Assembly: GCF_009834535.1 (NCBI RefSeq)
Contig: NC_045697.1
Coordinates: 89,778,001-89,842,000 of the forward strand
Length of the DNA stretch: 64,000 bases
From: Camelus ferus
Taxonomy: Eukaryota
Direction: 5' to 3'
Position 1 is the stretch's first letter. Each line of letters starts with the position of its first letter. Positions 13,259 to 25,187 of the stretch are shown here, piece by piece. Below the pieces are notes generated by a model. It searched no databases, was not told where the DNA came from, and saw only the letters and a program-made list of their open reading frames with translations. Position numbers and translations under genes: made by a program.

Positions 13259-15196
13259 TAATTTCAAATACCCTGCATCTGTACTCTCCTCCCCTCACTA
13301 TTACTGGTTTTGTATCCTATTTTAGTATCCTGCTTATGTGGATACAGATGACTTTAGTCCTTTATCATTTAATCTTCCTACTAAATTCTGTGTGGATGAT
13401 TCCCTGCCTTTACTGTATATTTACATTTACCAGTGAGCTTTCCATTTAGTGATTTTTTTGTTTCTAGTTGTGTCTTTTCTTTTCCACCTACAAAAGTTCC
13501 TTTAGCATTTGCTGTATAGCTGGTATGGTGATGCTGAATTCTTTTAGCTTGCATGTCTGTAAAGCTTTTGATTTCTCCATCAAATCAAAATGAGAGCCTC
13601 GCTGGGTAGAATATTCTTGGTTGTGGGTTTTTCCCTTTCATCACCTTAAGTATACTGCATAGCATCCTTGTATCCTGCAGTTTCTGCTGAAAAAATCAGC
13701 TGATAGCCTTATGGGAGTTTCCTAGTATGCTAGTTGTTTTTCCCTTGTTATTTTTAATATTTTCTCTTCATCTTTAATTTCTGCCAATTTGATGACTTTA
13801 TGTGTCTTGGTGTGTTCCTCTTTGGGTTAATCCTGTATGGGACTCTCTATGCTTCCTCGACTTGGGTGACTGTTTCCTTCCCCAGGTTAGGGAAGTTTTC
13901 AGCTTTCAGCTATTTATCTCTTCAATTATTTCCTGTGGTCCTTTCTCTCTCTCTTCTCCTTCTAAGATCTATATAATGCGAATGTTAGTGCACCTGATGT
14001 TATCCCAGAGGTCTCAAACTGTCCTCATTTCTTTCCTTCCTTTTTTATTTATTCTGTTCTGAAGCAGTCAGTTCCACTACTCTGCCTTCCAGCTCACTGA
14101 TCCATTCTTCTGCCTCATTTATTCTACTACTGATGTCTGACAGTGTACTTTTCCTTTCAGTTACTGTGTTCTTCAACTCCATTTGGTTGTTCTTTATATT
14201 TTCTACCTCTTTGTTAAAAAATTCTAACTTCTCACTCTGTGCATCCATTCTTCTCCCAAGTTCTTGGATCAACTTTACAATCACTACTCTGAACTCTTTC
14301 TCTAGTAGACTGCCCTTCTCCTCCTTACTTAGCTGTTCTGGGGTTTTATCTTGTTCCTTCATCTGGAACATATTCCTCTGCCGCCTTGTTTTGTCTAAAT
14401 TTCTATTTGTATTTTTATGTATGTAGTAATTTAGCTACATTTCTCGAACTTGGAGAAGCGGCCCTCTGTATGAGATGTCCTCTGTGCCCCAGCAGTGCAC
14501 TCCTCTCTCATCATCCAAGGACCAGGGGCCAGCTGGTCCCAGGGTAGGATCTGGCCTGTGTTTGTGTACTCAGTTTTGCAGGCTGGGGATCATCATTTTC
14601 TTGCTTCTGGTGTCTCCACCCTGGTGGGTGAGGCTGGTCCTGAGGCTTGTGCAGGCTTTCTGGCAAGAGGGCCAGTGTCTGCCAGCTGGTGGTTGGAGTT
14701 GGGTCTTAGCCCTCTTGCGGGCAGGCCTGTCTAGGGGTGTGTCTAGAGGAGGCTGTGGGCTCAGGAAGGCTTTAGGCAGCCTGTCTGCTGATGGGTGGGG
14801 CCGTGTTCCTGCCCAGTTAGTTGTTTGGCCTGAGGTGTCCCAGTATTGGAGCCTGAGGAGCCCCCAGAGCATTTGTCTTTGAAGTCCAGAGGGGCTTAAC
14901 TGAAGGAGCACCACAGGACTGGTGGAAATGGAGACTCTCCTACTAAAGGGCACACACAAAATCTCATGTGCACCAGCACTGAGGGCAGAAGCAGTAACTT
15001 CGTAAGAGCCTGGGCCAGACCTTGCTGCTGGTCTGAGGGTCTCCCAGGGAGGTGTGGGGGTGGCTGTGGCTCACCCTGGGTACAAAAGACATATTGGAGA
15101 GTATTCGCCTGCACAAACTCTCCTGAAGGCTGATATCTTGCTTGGGCCATTAACACCAAGATCTGGCTTCCCCTGGATGCTCCAATACTGGGACAC
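13259..15196 (-). mobile_element. L1 5' UTR + ORF1 fragment, with about 14860-15196 inverted
   Basis: ORF 14045-14371 (MFQMKEQDKTPE...SRINEAEEWISELE) is L1 ORF1p; GC-rich 5' UTR. Confidence 0.9.
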
Positions 15197-15199
15197 AAA

Positions 15200-15405
15200 T
15201 ACAATGTCAAGTTAGGTGATCAAAGTTAACATAAATAGTGGTAAGTCTTGTTGTTATTATGTTCCCCTGATACAGTGTAATGAGAATGTCACTTTATCTT
15301 TGTAGTCTCCCCTCAAACCTAGAAACATGAGAAAAAAATTAGACAAATCCCACTTGAGGGACATCCTATGAAATGCCTGACCAGTAATCCTCAAACTGTC
15401 AAATA
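15200..15405 (+). mobile_element. Old L1 (L1MC/MB-type) 3' UTR fragment
   Basis: CAAAGTTAACAT...CATGAGAAAAA..AGACAAATCC...GAGGGACATCCTA. Confidence 0.6.
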
Positions 15406-15572
15406 TTTTAATGTTTCCTAATCTGATTACCGAGAAACAATGTTTTACCAGCTCTATTTCCTAAAGCACTCATCTTTCCGAAAGTTGAATTAATTATTTC
15501 CACAGTACCTTGGACATTATATGAGTTCAAAATAATTGAATGGATGAATGAATAAGCTATTGCTTAATGGTA

Positions 15573-15790
15573 CATGAGGAGTCCATATCTGAGGTTGTCA
15601 ACTTGTGTTTCCCTTCTCATGTCACATCTGACTATTTCTAGGTCCTTTAAGAACAGTCATTGGGGAAGAGGGTGCTGCTCTTCATTCTAAAGTTGTACAT
15701 TTGATTCTCTTTTAATGATAGCTATGATATTTGGAACACTTCTATATAAACTTCAAATTTTGCTATCTATTTGGATATTTTCAGCCTGTT
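15573..15790 (-). pseudogene. Decayed exon, end of vWA
   Basis: AG acceptor; ...LFLKDLE (cf. VWA3B AFLKDLS); three stops. Confidence 0.4.
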
Positions 15791-15877
15791 CTAAATACCA
15801 GAATGCAAAATACTTTGCTTAAAATCATGCACACATACTAAAAATCCCATAAACAAAAATTTTCACTTTATACATAC

Positions 15878-16530
15878 CACGACACAAACAATATCACATA
15901 TGGGGGAACAAATGGAAAGAGCTTTTGCCAATGCCTGGGGGTCTTTGGCAATATTAATGCCTGATACAAACCTTCAAAGAATTAGAAAGCATGTGACAAA
16001 CTGTTCCCACGCACATGTTACAGCTAGGGATGAAGCTGTACTTTAATGATGGGTCACCAGGAACATATATAACTCTGAACCGAGGTTTGGAAAGACCTGA
16101 TTCCCCTCCTCACCCTTCTGATTTTTTAAGCAATTTGCAATCTTCCTTCATATCTCCACTGAAATATCTTTTAATGAAAGGGATGTTATAAAGATGAGTG
16201 AAATCTTTCCTGCAAAATACTTGGACAAATACAGCACATTGCTGTGTCCAAAATCACCAACAAGTCACTAGCCAGATCCCATTATAATATTTATAACTTA
16301 CATTTGACATAACTGTTATACCACACTTCCTACCAGCATAAACATGCACTACTCATTTACTTTTCAATATTATAAAGCCAAGCTTAAGCTCTGTGCTAAC
16401 ATTTACACATTCATGATAACAATACATTTATGGTAACAGTCTTTTTGGAAAAGCATGCCCTGAAGAACTCCGTCACTTTGGCAGTTTCTAAGAGTTGCAC
16501 GTGGCTAACTTTCACTAGAACTTAATTGAA
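15878..16530 (-). pseudogene. Decayed exon(s), repeat plus vWA
   Basis: SSSES*/HVQLLETAKVT (cf. SSEKWLQLHGLKSNKLT); RYEGRLQ; RVIYVPGDPS; LPKTPRHWQKLFPFV (cf. VSQEPVKWQENATPV). GTATGT donor. Confidence 0.5.
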
Positions 16531-16848
16531 AACCTACTCATTAGTTATGCATTGCATGTGAACAACAACAACAAAAAAAACACTAAACAAAAACAAATGA
16601 TTGAACATGATGCAGAGAGGAATCTGAAGAGAGAAAAGCTGTGTCCAGCATTTTCAAGAGTTAAGGTAAAAATTATCTCTTTTGACTTGATGAAAACATC
16701 ATTAATGATTTTATAGTTTTAGTAAAAACATATCCTACATAGCTGCTTCTTTGCTTTTGTCTTCTTTTACTTTGAAGAAAAGCCAAAGAAAATTGAGATG
16801 CAGAAGCCTATCTTTGCTTTAAAACGTATAAACAAGCATCTCTTTTAG

Positions 16849-17170
16849 CTTAATGTCCTGAAGGTTTCTGTCCCAGAGGATAACTACACTGCCAGTTGGA
16901 CACTGAAGAAAAAGATGTGAAAAGTTATACTGAGTTTCTGTCTCTCTCAAAGGCCAGAACTGAGGAGTACAACAGCTGAAGAATACAAAGAACAGAATTT
17001 CATTTGATCAGATGACCACTGAGGACTTGAATGAAGTCTTCCTGGAAACCAAATCAGACAAGAAGAAATATTCCTATTGGCTTCACAAGCCGATTGAGAA
17101 TTTATAAACTTGAGTCTAGGAGAAAGCTCTGGCCCTTATGTTGTAACTTTGGACATATTATATACAACTA
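16849..17170 (+). pseudogene. ATP5PD: 5'-truncated processed pseudogene of ATP synthase subunit d (ATP5PD/ATP5H)
   Basis: Frameshifted translation LNVLKVSVPEDNYTA..EEKDVKS..FLSLSKAR..ISFDQMTTEDLNEVFLETKSDKKKYSYWLHKPIENL* (stop 17105-17107) matches the ATP5PD C-terminus; no introns; 3' UTR follows. Confidence 0.93.
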
Positions 17171-17246
17171 TAAAGAAAGTGTGTATACATTGAGAAATTA
17201 TTACCACAATAAGTTAAGTTAATACATCCAACTTAGTGTTGGAGGT

Positions 17247-17537
17247 TTTTTGTTTTTTTTTCTTTTTTTTTTGAACAACAGAGGACACCTGGAATTGGGG
17301 CAGGGCCTGGTCCAAGTGGGTGGAGTGTGAGGCTTCCCATGAAGTCAAACAGGCTGCAGCTGGAGCCTGCAGGGATGCTACATGTAACTTCTGGTATGGG
17401 AAGGGACTGAGTCTGGGTCCTGATGGAGGAACAGAGACAGGGTGAGCTGGGATGTGCTGATCAGGGCTGGCTCAGAAAACGGTGGCATCAACTTGGGCAC
17501 TGCTGCTGCCACCACTCATCCCAGAAGCAGCCTCAAC
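17247..17537 (-). pseudogene. Short retrocopy of an unidentified GC-rich mRNA 3' end
   Basis: Poly(T) tract 17247-17272 (poly-A tail on minus strand), abrupt GC-rich segment, minus frame ending VEAASGMSGGSSSAQVDATVF*. Confidence 0.55.
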
Positions 17538-17607
17538 TCATGATATGTGGGGAATTTGAATAAGTACCAAAGGTTTACATGGATCAGGATTAAGTTTCAA
17601 ATAATAC

Positions 17608-18040
17608 CTAAGATTCTTTAAGCAGTAAGTTAAAGATGGCATGCTGAGTAATACCATCCATGTTAATAAGTTAATCACAGTACTGTATTTGTGAAGACTA
17701 TCTGCCATCACAGACAGATAGAGGAAGATGGTGTACTGTAGTCTTTATGGTGATTGGATGTTTTTCATTTCTTCTGTAGTATTTGGGATTCAGTCTCTCT
17801 ATAAACATGGATTAGCTCTCCATTTTCAATATATTTTTCTAACAATTAAAAACAAATGTTTTTAATATTATTTCCGTCCATGTTAGAATCATCTGAGGGG
17901 GATACAGGAAGATTTCAAGCAGACCTTGGATTTTAGCTCTGTGATCAGGTAAGTCTGTCCATGTTTCATTTTCTCAATATGAACACCTCTAGTCATCATT
18001 CATTTACATAATTCTCAGTCGTATATCATATTGCAGTCAT
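17608..18040 (-). pseudogene. Decayed exon, vWA domain
   Basis: HIEKMKHGQTYLITELKSKVCL vs VWA3A RLQWLLSGSRRLFGTVLESKVCI; KHLFLIVRKI. CTAACAG acceptor; many stops. Confidence 0.55.
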
Positions 18041-18129
18041 CTGTTAGATAATTATTAATGGAAAAATAACAAATATTTTGCAAACTTAATCTCAAGATAC
18101 TCTTCCTTTCAAACTATGTTCTGGAACAA

Positions 18130-19330
18130 AGCACATGAAAATCACTTGTGTTTCTATACACAAACAACAAACTATTCAAAAGGGAAATTAAGAAAACAAT
18201 ACCATTTATAATAGCATCAAAAAGAATATGATACTTCAGAATAAACATAACCAAGTAACACTTATATGCTGAAAACTAAATACACTGATGAAAGAAGTTA
18301 AAGAGACAAATAAATGGAAAGACATACCATGTTCATGGATTGGAAGACTTAACATTGTTAAAATTTCTACACTGCCCAAAGCAATCCACCGATTCAATGT
18401 TATTCCCATCAAAATCTCAGTGGCATTTCTTTTTTAACAAACTTTTTTTTAAAAAACCCTGAAAACAAAACAAAACAAAAGTGGAGGCATCATACTTCCT
18501 GATTTCAATGTATATTAAAAAGCTACAGTAACTAAAACAGTATAGTTTTGGCATAAAGATGGGTATATAGACCAATGGGACAGAATTGAGAGCCCAGAAA
18601 TAAACCTATGTATATATGCGTCAACTGAGCTTCAACAAGGGTGCCATAAATACATAATGGGGAAAGGACAGTCTCTGCAAGAAATGGTGCTGTGAAAACC
18701 GGACATCTACATGTAAAAGAATGAAATTAGATCTTTCTCACTCCATACACAAAAATCAACTCAAAATGGATTAAAGATGCAAATATAAGAACTTAAACTG
18801 TAAAACTCCAAGATGAAAACACTGAGGAAAAGCTTCAGGACACTGCTGTTGGCAATGATTTCATGGATATGCTGCCAAAAGTACAGGAAACAAAAGTAAA
18901 AATAAACAAGTGGGACTCCATCAAACTAAAAAGCTTCTGCACAGGTAAGGAAACAATTAACAGAATGAAAAAGGGACGTATAGAATGGGAGAAAAATATT
19001 TGTGAACCATGTATCTGATAAGGGGTTAATATGTAAAACATATGGAATTCGTACAATTTAAAAGCAAGGAACTAACACAATTTAAAATTGTATAAAGAAC
19101 CTGAATAGACATTTTCTTCAAAGAAGACATATAAATGACCAGAAGGTATCTGAAAAGGTACTCAACATTACTAATCATTAGGAAAGCACAAATCAAAACC
19201 ACAGTGAGACATGACCTCACACCTGTCAGAATGATTATGAAAAGAAAAGAGAAATGAAATTGGGAGGAGGTTGGGAGGTTGTAGAGAACAGGAGACCCTT
19301 CCACAATTGGTGGGAATGTAAAATGCTGTG
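18130..19330 (+). mobile_element. L1 ORF2 3' fragment
   Basis: Canonical ORF2 sequence: AAATGGAAAGACATACCATGTTCATGGATTGGAAGA; ATCAAACTAAAAAGCTTCTGCACAG. Confidence 0.9.
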
Positions 19331-20427
19331 TCTTTTTCCATTTTATTTATTCTTCTTGAAACTCTTGCTATTTTACTATTGGACCTCTGAATTAATAATA
19401 TCCATGTTTTTTATTTTCTCTCATATTTACAAAACTTGTCCTTCATTCTACGTTTTGTAAAGTTGTTGACTTGATGTATCAAATTCCCATTTTTTAAATT
19501 TTTGTGGCTTATTTTACTTGTCTGTTTTAATTGCAACATTCATTTAATTTCCATGAAACTTCTCTAATTCTGATATTCTTTTTATAGCATTCTGTTTAAG
19601 GGAGAATCTCTTTTAAAATACTAATGAGACTAATTACAGAACATTTAATATTTGTAAGAATTTATATTGTTTTTGTTGTTATCTTAATAGTCTCTTCTCT
19701 TTCTAAAATTCTTCCTTCCTTTGGATTCTAGTTTCCCTAGTTCTTCATCTTGATCATTCTCTTTTACATTTCCTTTCTTCAAATGAGTGGCTATCCTAAG
19801 TTGTCAATTCATACGTAATAATAAAGCAATAAAAAAAAATGTGTGTATACAGGTGTGGCTAGTTTGCTGATGCACATTACTTACTCCTGGAAGTGTATAG
19901 GAATCTGCCCTCAATTTTGCTAGACTCCTAAATAAGAGAACACTGAATTTTTACTTTGGTTGTTAAACAGTCACACTAGACTTTACCAAATAGTTCACTA
20001 AATTTAAATGGAGATGCATCTCTTGTTGGATTTAGTTCAGATTTGTTTAACATTTTTTTGTCTGAGGGACAGTCTGCAAGCAGAAGTGGGGGTCAACTAA
20101 TCTCCATACAAATTTTCCAAAGACTGATTGCTTTCCTCTTTGGTCTCATGTATCACTTCCAGTCTCCATATCTGAGAGTTCTGACACTTAAAAGTCTCCT
20201 GGGTTCTTTAGGCCAGGTTACCTTCCTCCTTGACCACTTTACCATGACTGAGCCATCCACTCAGTTATGGATTTCTCTCTCCTGTTTCACCAGCTAACAC
20301 TCTCCATCCAGCTTCTTCTCATCCCATATTAACTGGTATCTCTGATATTTTCGTTGTGAGTTTTGCAACCCTAGATATTTTCATAACTGCCAAATAAAAA
20401 ACTTTCCCAAAGCCCAAGACTTTTAAC

Positions 20428-20636
20428 CCTCTTCCACATGATTAGAATGTGTCTGAGAAGTGACTTGATGAACTGAAATATCATTGTACAGCACATATAC
20501 TATAACTGCAGCTCTCGGAATCCAGATTGAATGGTCCTGGATGTACCAAGAGAAATTATCTCTTACTATGAGAATATTGCCTGGTTTCAGACTATTTGGT
20601 AAAAGAGACCACCACTTCCCATTGCCACCACACATA
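20428..20636 (-). pseudogene. Decayed exon, DUF4537-like C-terminal half
   Basis: Fully open, AG/GT bounded: SLKPGNILIVRD...WIPRAAVIVYVLYNDISVHQV. Confidence 0.55.
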
Positions 20637-20683
20637 CTTTGAAAAAAATGAGTGCATGTGTATTATAAGGGTATATTAATTAC

Positions 20684-21203
20684 TCTGTTCTACTTCCCAG
20701 TGGATCACTGGGTTAGGCCATGCAGATTTACTTAATGCACCAGTTGCTATTCCTACATTCTATGCTGGTATCTCTGGTTCTATATTGACATCTCTGGTTA
20801 TCACTATCCAGTAAATAAAATTTAGCCTATTTTGCTCAAGTATCTTTCCCCGCCTAAGATGTGCAAATCGTAATGTTGCCCCAGCATCAACAGCTTTTAG
20901 AGCCTATGTTTAGCCATTAGTTATTTAATATTTTATTATAACACATTAACTAGAGACAGTTTATGTCATTCTCATAGTCAACTCTTGAGCTTTGGAAGAA
21001 ACTTCACCTTCACCGTCATCCAAGATCACTCTTTTCTCTAATAGTTGTATCAGGTTCAAGTAGTCTGACTAGGCTTACAGAATACTTTTACACCCCCTCA
21101 CCTTAGTAAACAAGGATAAATTTAGGGTTACTGAATTTTTTGGCTGCTGTGGGTACAGCCTCCGGAGAAAATGCTCCAACCTCTCAATCATATTATTTCC
21201 TTT
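20684..21203 (-). pseudogene. Probable decayed exon
   Basis: Protein-like frame KGNNMIERLEHFLRRLYP...DYLNLIQLLEKRVILDDGEG...ALKAVDAGATLRFAHL with scattered stops. AG acceptor. Confidence 0.45.
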
Positions 21204-21489
21204 CTTAGGGAGAATTTGTATAAGTTTTTATATGTTTTATTCACCACATCTCACAACCCTTCACTAACAATGTGTCAACATCTGGGAAGGTGGGATTTCT
21301 GGGAGACCATTTCAGATTCTTAACCCTAATTAATAAATACTGAAACATTAGTGACTAAAGAAACTTTCAAGTCTTCCTTTTGGCCTCCCTAGGAATACAG
21401 TGAGGAGTGTTAATCAGCCTTCACATCACCCCTGAGCTTCACTGATTACTTCCATAAACATGATTTGAGTTTCTAACACAAAAGCATTT

Positions 21490-22560
21490 TTCTAATTTCC
21501 AGAGATCCAGTGGAAAATCAGACAAAACCCCTGCCTTTCAGGCTTAGAGTCTTGCGATACAGATAGAAAGTTGGAAACAACACACAAAAAATCTAGTTGT
21601 GTTATATGTTATAAAAAAGTAAAAGTACAGAGTAGGATAGAAAGTTATGGGAGAAGTTATCACAACAGTTGGTTAGTAAAGGGAACACTTAAGCAAAATC
21701 TGGGATGAAATGGAATGTGAACAGTGTTAAGATACAGGGATCACACATGCCGAACAGAAAGCAGCAAGAACAAAATCCTGAGGTTAAAAAAGTTGTAGTT
21801 TGAGTAGAAAAGTAATTATAATATAGCAAGGGAATTGAAAAATCATGATGTGATTATAGTAAGAGAGGCATGAGGACCTCATAGGTCAGTTTGCATCATA
21901 CTCTAAGATGTTAAGCTAATTAGAAGTGTGCAGACCACAGGAGTGTCGTGTTTAGTTCATGTTTAAAAAAAAAATTCCTTTATTGCTCTGAGAAAAACTG
22001 TCCATGGAGATCAAGGCTGGAGGCAGACAAATCATAAAAGGTTTTCTTAGAAATCTAGGAGAGAAATGATAGAGACTAATGTTACATAACTGAAAATGAT
22101 TAATGTGGCTATCCTTTGAAGATGTAATATACATTGAAGATAGTGATGGTGACACTTTGATACATTTCGTATTATTATAATAAAATGAGGAAACAAGGAT
22201 GGTTTCTAGGAATTTTTTCCATAACAAGTGTTGCCACCATTTGCTAAAAACACAAGACTAGAGGAGTAATAGGTTTATCAATGGAGCATACAGAGTTCTG
22301 TTTTGGATGTTTTTAGTATTTATTGGACTCAAATGACCAATAAATAGAGATGCAGAATAGGAAATGAGATATCAGTCTGTAGTTTAGTGGAGTCGTCAGG
22401 ACTAGAAGATAAATTTGAGAATCATCAATATACAGATATGATGTAAGGTTTTATCCACATTAAAATCATGTGTGTAAATAGAGAATGAAAGAAAGCCAGG
22501 GTCAAAACCCTGAAACACTTTAACATTTAGCTGTGAAGAAGGGAAAGGATCAACAAAGAT
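21490..22560. mobile_element. LINE-2 fragment
   Basis: Purine-rich L2 motifs (GAGTTCTGTTTTGGATGT; GGACTAGAAGATAAATTTGAGAATCATC). Confidence 0.7.
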
Positions 22561-22924
22561 CAAGAAGTTTCAGTCAAGGAACTTATCCACCAAAGCCTAC
22601 ATACAAGATAAAACTTAGTTTTTAGAATAGACTCTCTGGGCTTATTTCTAAGATAAATTTTGATGATACAGGGCACGAGTCTGTATTTCCTAGAATTCTC
22701 ATGAAATTACATGGATCCTAAGACTCCCCAGTTCTTGGAATATAAAGGTTGGTACAGATCTATAAAAATTATCACAGGGTTAATTACCAGCTGGTTGTAA
22801 GCTTTTTAAGGAAAATTTAATTAAAGTAAAATATACATATATTAATCATGTAAAGTGTACTAATCTTAAGTGTATATTTTGATAATTATTTATACATATG
22901 CACATCTGTTATTCTGGCATCGAA

Positions 22925-23637
22925 TTGTGTGGAACTGACACCAACTGGGTGTTCAACAATTCAATTCTGACATCATTCACACCCCACAGGTTAAGAGATC
23001 AATCCCATGAGTGCCCCCGCTCCAGGCACCTGTCACCGTGGGAGGAGGAGGCCAGAGGCACAGGTAATTCTGACCAACTGGCTGTAAGTCAGGAGTTCCC
23101 ACAAACCCCTACTCTGTTTCCGTAATTCCCTGGAATGACTCATAGAACTCCGAAAAGCACTTTACTTACATTTTCTCGTTTATTATAAAGGGTACAACTC
23201 AGAAGCAGTCAAACGGAAAAGATGCACAGGGCAAGGAATGGGCTGGTGGGGTAATGCAGAACTGTTGTGCCCTGAGTATGTCATCCTAAATGGGCTCCCC
23301 AACTCACAAACTCCCTGAACAGTAATGTTCAGAGCTTTTGTGGAGGTTTCATTATACAGGCATGATTAACTAAAAATCATTATCTATCAGTTATTAACCT
23401 CAATTTTAGTCCCCCTCCCCTACCTGGAGGTGAGGGGTAGGACTGGCAGTTCTGACCAGCTCAGCGAGGCTTAGTCTTGCTGATGAGCAGCCTCCAGCCG
23501 GAGGCTGTCTAGGGGCCCCAGGCACAGTCATATCATTAGCACACAAAAGCTCACCACTCAGAGAATTCCAGGGCTTTTAGGAGCTCTGTGCCTAAAAGGG
23601 GAAAAGACCAAGTATTTATTTTTTTTTTAATTATACC
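22925..23637. mobile_element. MER21-like LTR
   Basis: TGACACCAACTGGGTGT..CAATTCAATTCTGACA; TTCTGACCAACTGGCT; TTTATTATAAAGG. Confidence 0.75.
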
Positions 23638-23646
23638 AAAACATAC

Positions 23647-23951
23647 ATATCCTCTTGAAGAAAACTCAGATTAAGATGTGAAATATTCAGGGGATTTGCT
23701 TTCCTGGTGTCTTGATAACTCTTTCAAGCCTGCTTCTCTCACAGCTCCAACATCAATCCCAGTGGACCTATATCAAGGCTTCCCTGACAAAGTCAGTCTG
23801 AGATTCTAGTGACAATCCAAAGACAAATTTGTAAGATGTTTGACTTACGGAACATCCTATAATAAATACACACTCAATCCCCAAAAGATCTTTGGTTGTC
23901 TATATGGGGCAGGTCGAAAGAATAGTGAGAGATTTCTGAATCTGAGTTTAC
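23647..23951 (-). pseudogene. Decayed exon, vWA domain
   Basis: QIQKSLTIL...GIECVFII...FGLSLESQTDFVREALI*V vs VWA3B EQCVTIVLDFGGILEGELDLCREALTMV. Canonical acceptor and GTATGT donor; multiple stops. Confidence 0.65.
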
Positions 23952-24120
23952 CTGTGGTTAGGAAAAAATACATTCCACATAAGCATCAGAGCAAAAGAAC
24001 ACCTGTCAGCCAAAGATTTCAACCTTATCTCTTCATGGCAAATTGTTAACTTAGACATTTTATATAGTTTTTCAAAATTTTCTAGAATTTTTTTAAAATT
24101 TGCCAAGATTTCTAAATTTA

Positions 24121-24185
24121 TCAGATTCTCCAACCACTCTCCATTCGTCTTCAGATTCTCCAACCACTCTCCATTCGTCTTCAGA
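24121..24185. repeat. Perfect 30-bp tandem duplication
   Basis: TCAGATTCTCCAACCACTCTCCATTCGTCT x2 + TCAGA. Confidence 0.95.
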
Positions 24186-24246
24186 AGAAACTGGGGCTTC
24201 AATAATAATCCCTAAGGCATTCTTTCTCTCGAACAGGTCTAACCTT

Positions 24247-24615
24247 GTAAAAAAAATTTTTTTAGTAAGAGAAACCTCAATAAGAGTTGGGAGACCAGAA
24301 AGGGGGTGCTCTTATGCCCTTTCATGCCAGCAGAACCCAACAGGAAGAAGAAAGACTCCCTCTTCATGCCTGGCAAGAGTTCAGCCAGTGAGAGCAGTCA
24401 CAGCTCATCCAGGAAGAGCCATGGACCCTGGTTACTCGAGTTCTCCCAACTCCCTTTTCCTCTGTATGAAAGAGTTCTCTTCATTTTTGCTGAGGACTTG
24501 CATGGGGATTTTCATGGTTGCAGACCCTGAACTGATACTCTGTTTATCCCCAATAAACCCATTTTTGCTGGAGAAATAACTGGCAGTCTCCTTTTTTTTT
24601 TTTTTTTAGGTCAAC
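24247..24615 (+). mobile_element. ERV1-type (MER34-like) LTR fragment
   Basis: AATAAACCCAT...GCTGGAGAAATAACTGGCAGTCT...TTTTAGGTCAACA LTR end. Confidence 0.6.
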
Positions 24616-24855
24616 AACCTAGAGAGAAAAACATTATTTTTAGTCAGCCTTATCTGATAATACTTCCTCCACATACCCCACTGTGACTCTTAACACATTT
24701 GAGGATCCTAGAATTTGGAGTAAAATGTTTCTATTAATCCTGATCTCTTTTATTCTCTATTACTATAATATTTAATTCTTCATTTTCCCCCTGATTCATT
24801 CTCCCCCTTTTGCTCCTGGCCTGCCCTGTGACTTGAGATGAGAAGGAGATAAGCT

Positions 24856-24955
24856 NNNNNNNNNNNNNNNNNNNNNNNNNNNNNNNNNNNNNNNNNNNNN
24901 NNNNNNNNNNNNNNNNNNNNNNNNNNNNNNNNNNNNNNNNNNNNNNNNNNNNNNN
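24856..24955. other. Assembly gap (100 N)
   Basis: Run of N. Confidence 1.
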
Positions 24956-24985
24956 TCAGAAGATGACTTCTATGTTTCTAAATAC

Positions 24986-25187
24986 ATAGTGAGTGTGAAG
25001 CGTGAGCAGTCAAGACTGTGGTGTCTTCAGTCTCCACGTCCTGCTGCATAAAGGAAGCAAGCAGTGTCCCAGACACGTTCAATGGTCACAGGCAGCAACT
25101 CGACACTAAAGGTGCGATATTGCTCGTGGAATTCTGCATCTTGTCCCACGATAAATGAGTACAGTGATAATTTTTCACTTGCACTAA
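24986..25187 (-). pseudogene. Decayed exon, WL..HGL repeat
   Basis: SEKLSLYSFIVGQDAEFHEQY...PVTIERVWDTACFL vs VWA3B AQKLSLYDVL and VVSKVFDEVFPL. TTCCTTAACAG acceptor; one TGA. Confidence 0.65.

Noticed and set aside
14475..15210. Several overlapping 80-135 aa ORFs
   Set aside because: By-products of the GC-rich L1 5' UTR.
17887..17948. Plus-strand exon-like segment (AG...CAG|GTAAGT, NHLRGIQEDFKQTLDFSSVI)
   Set aside because: No partner plus-strand exons found, and the same bases read on the minus strand as the vWA motif LITELKSKVCL. Probably chance, though an antisense noncoding exon is not excluded.
20428..20636. Resemblance of KW..LKPGNILIVRD to BEL/Pao retrotransposon integrase C-termini
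   Set aside because: The segment is splice-bounded, has no integrase core nearby and fits the DUF4537 position in the module order.
24100..24579. 159-aa plus-strand ORF
   Set aside because: Runs through the tandem duplication and an LTR; no coding signature.
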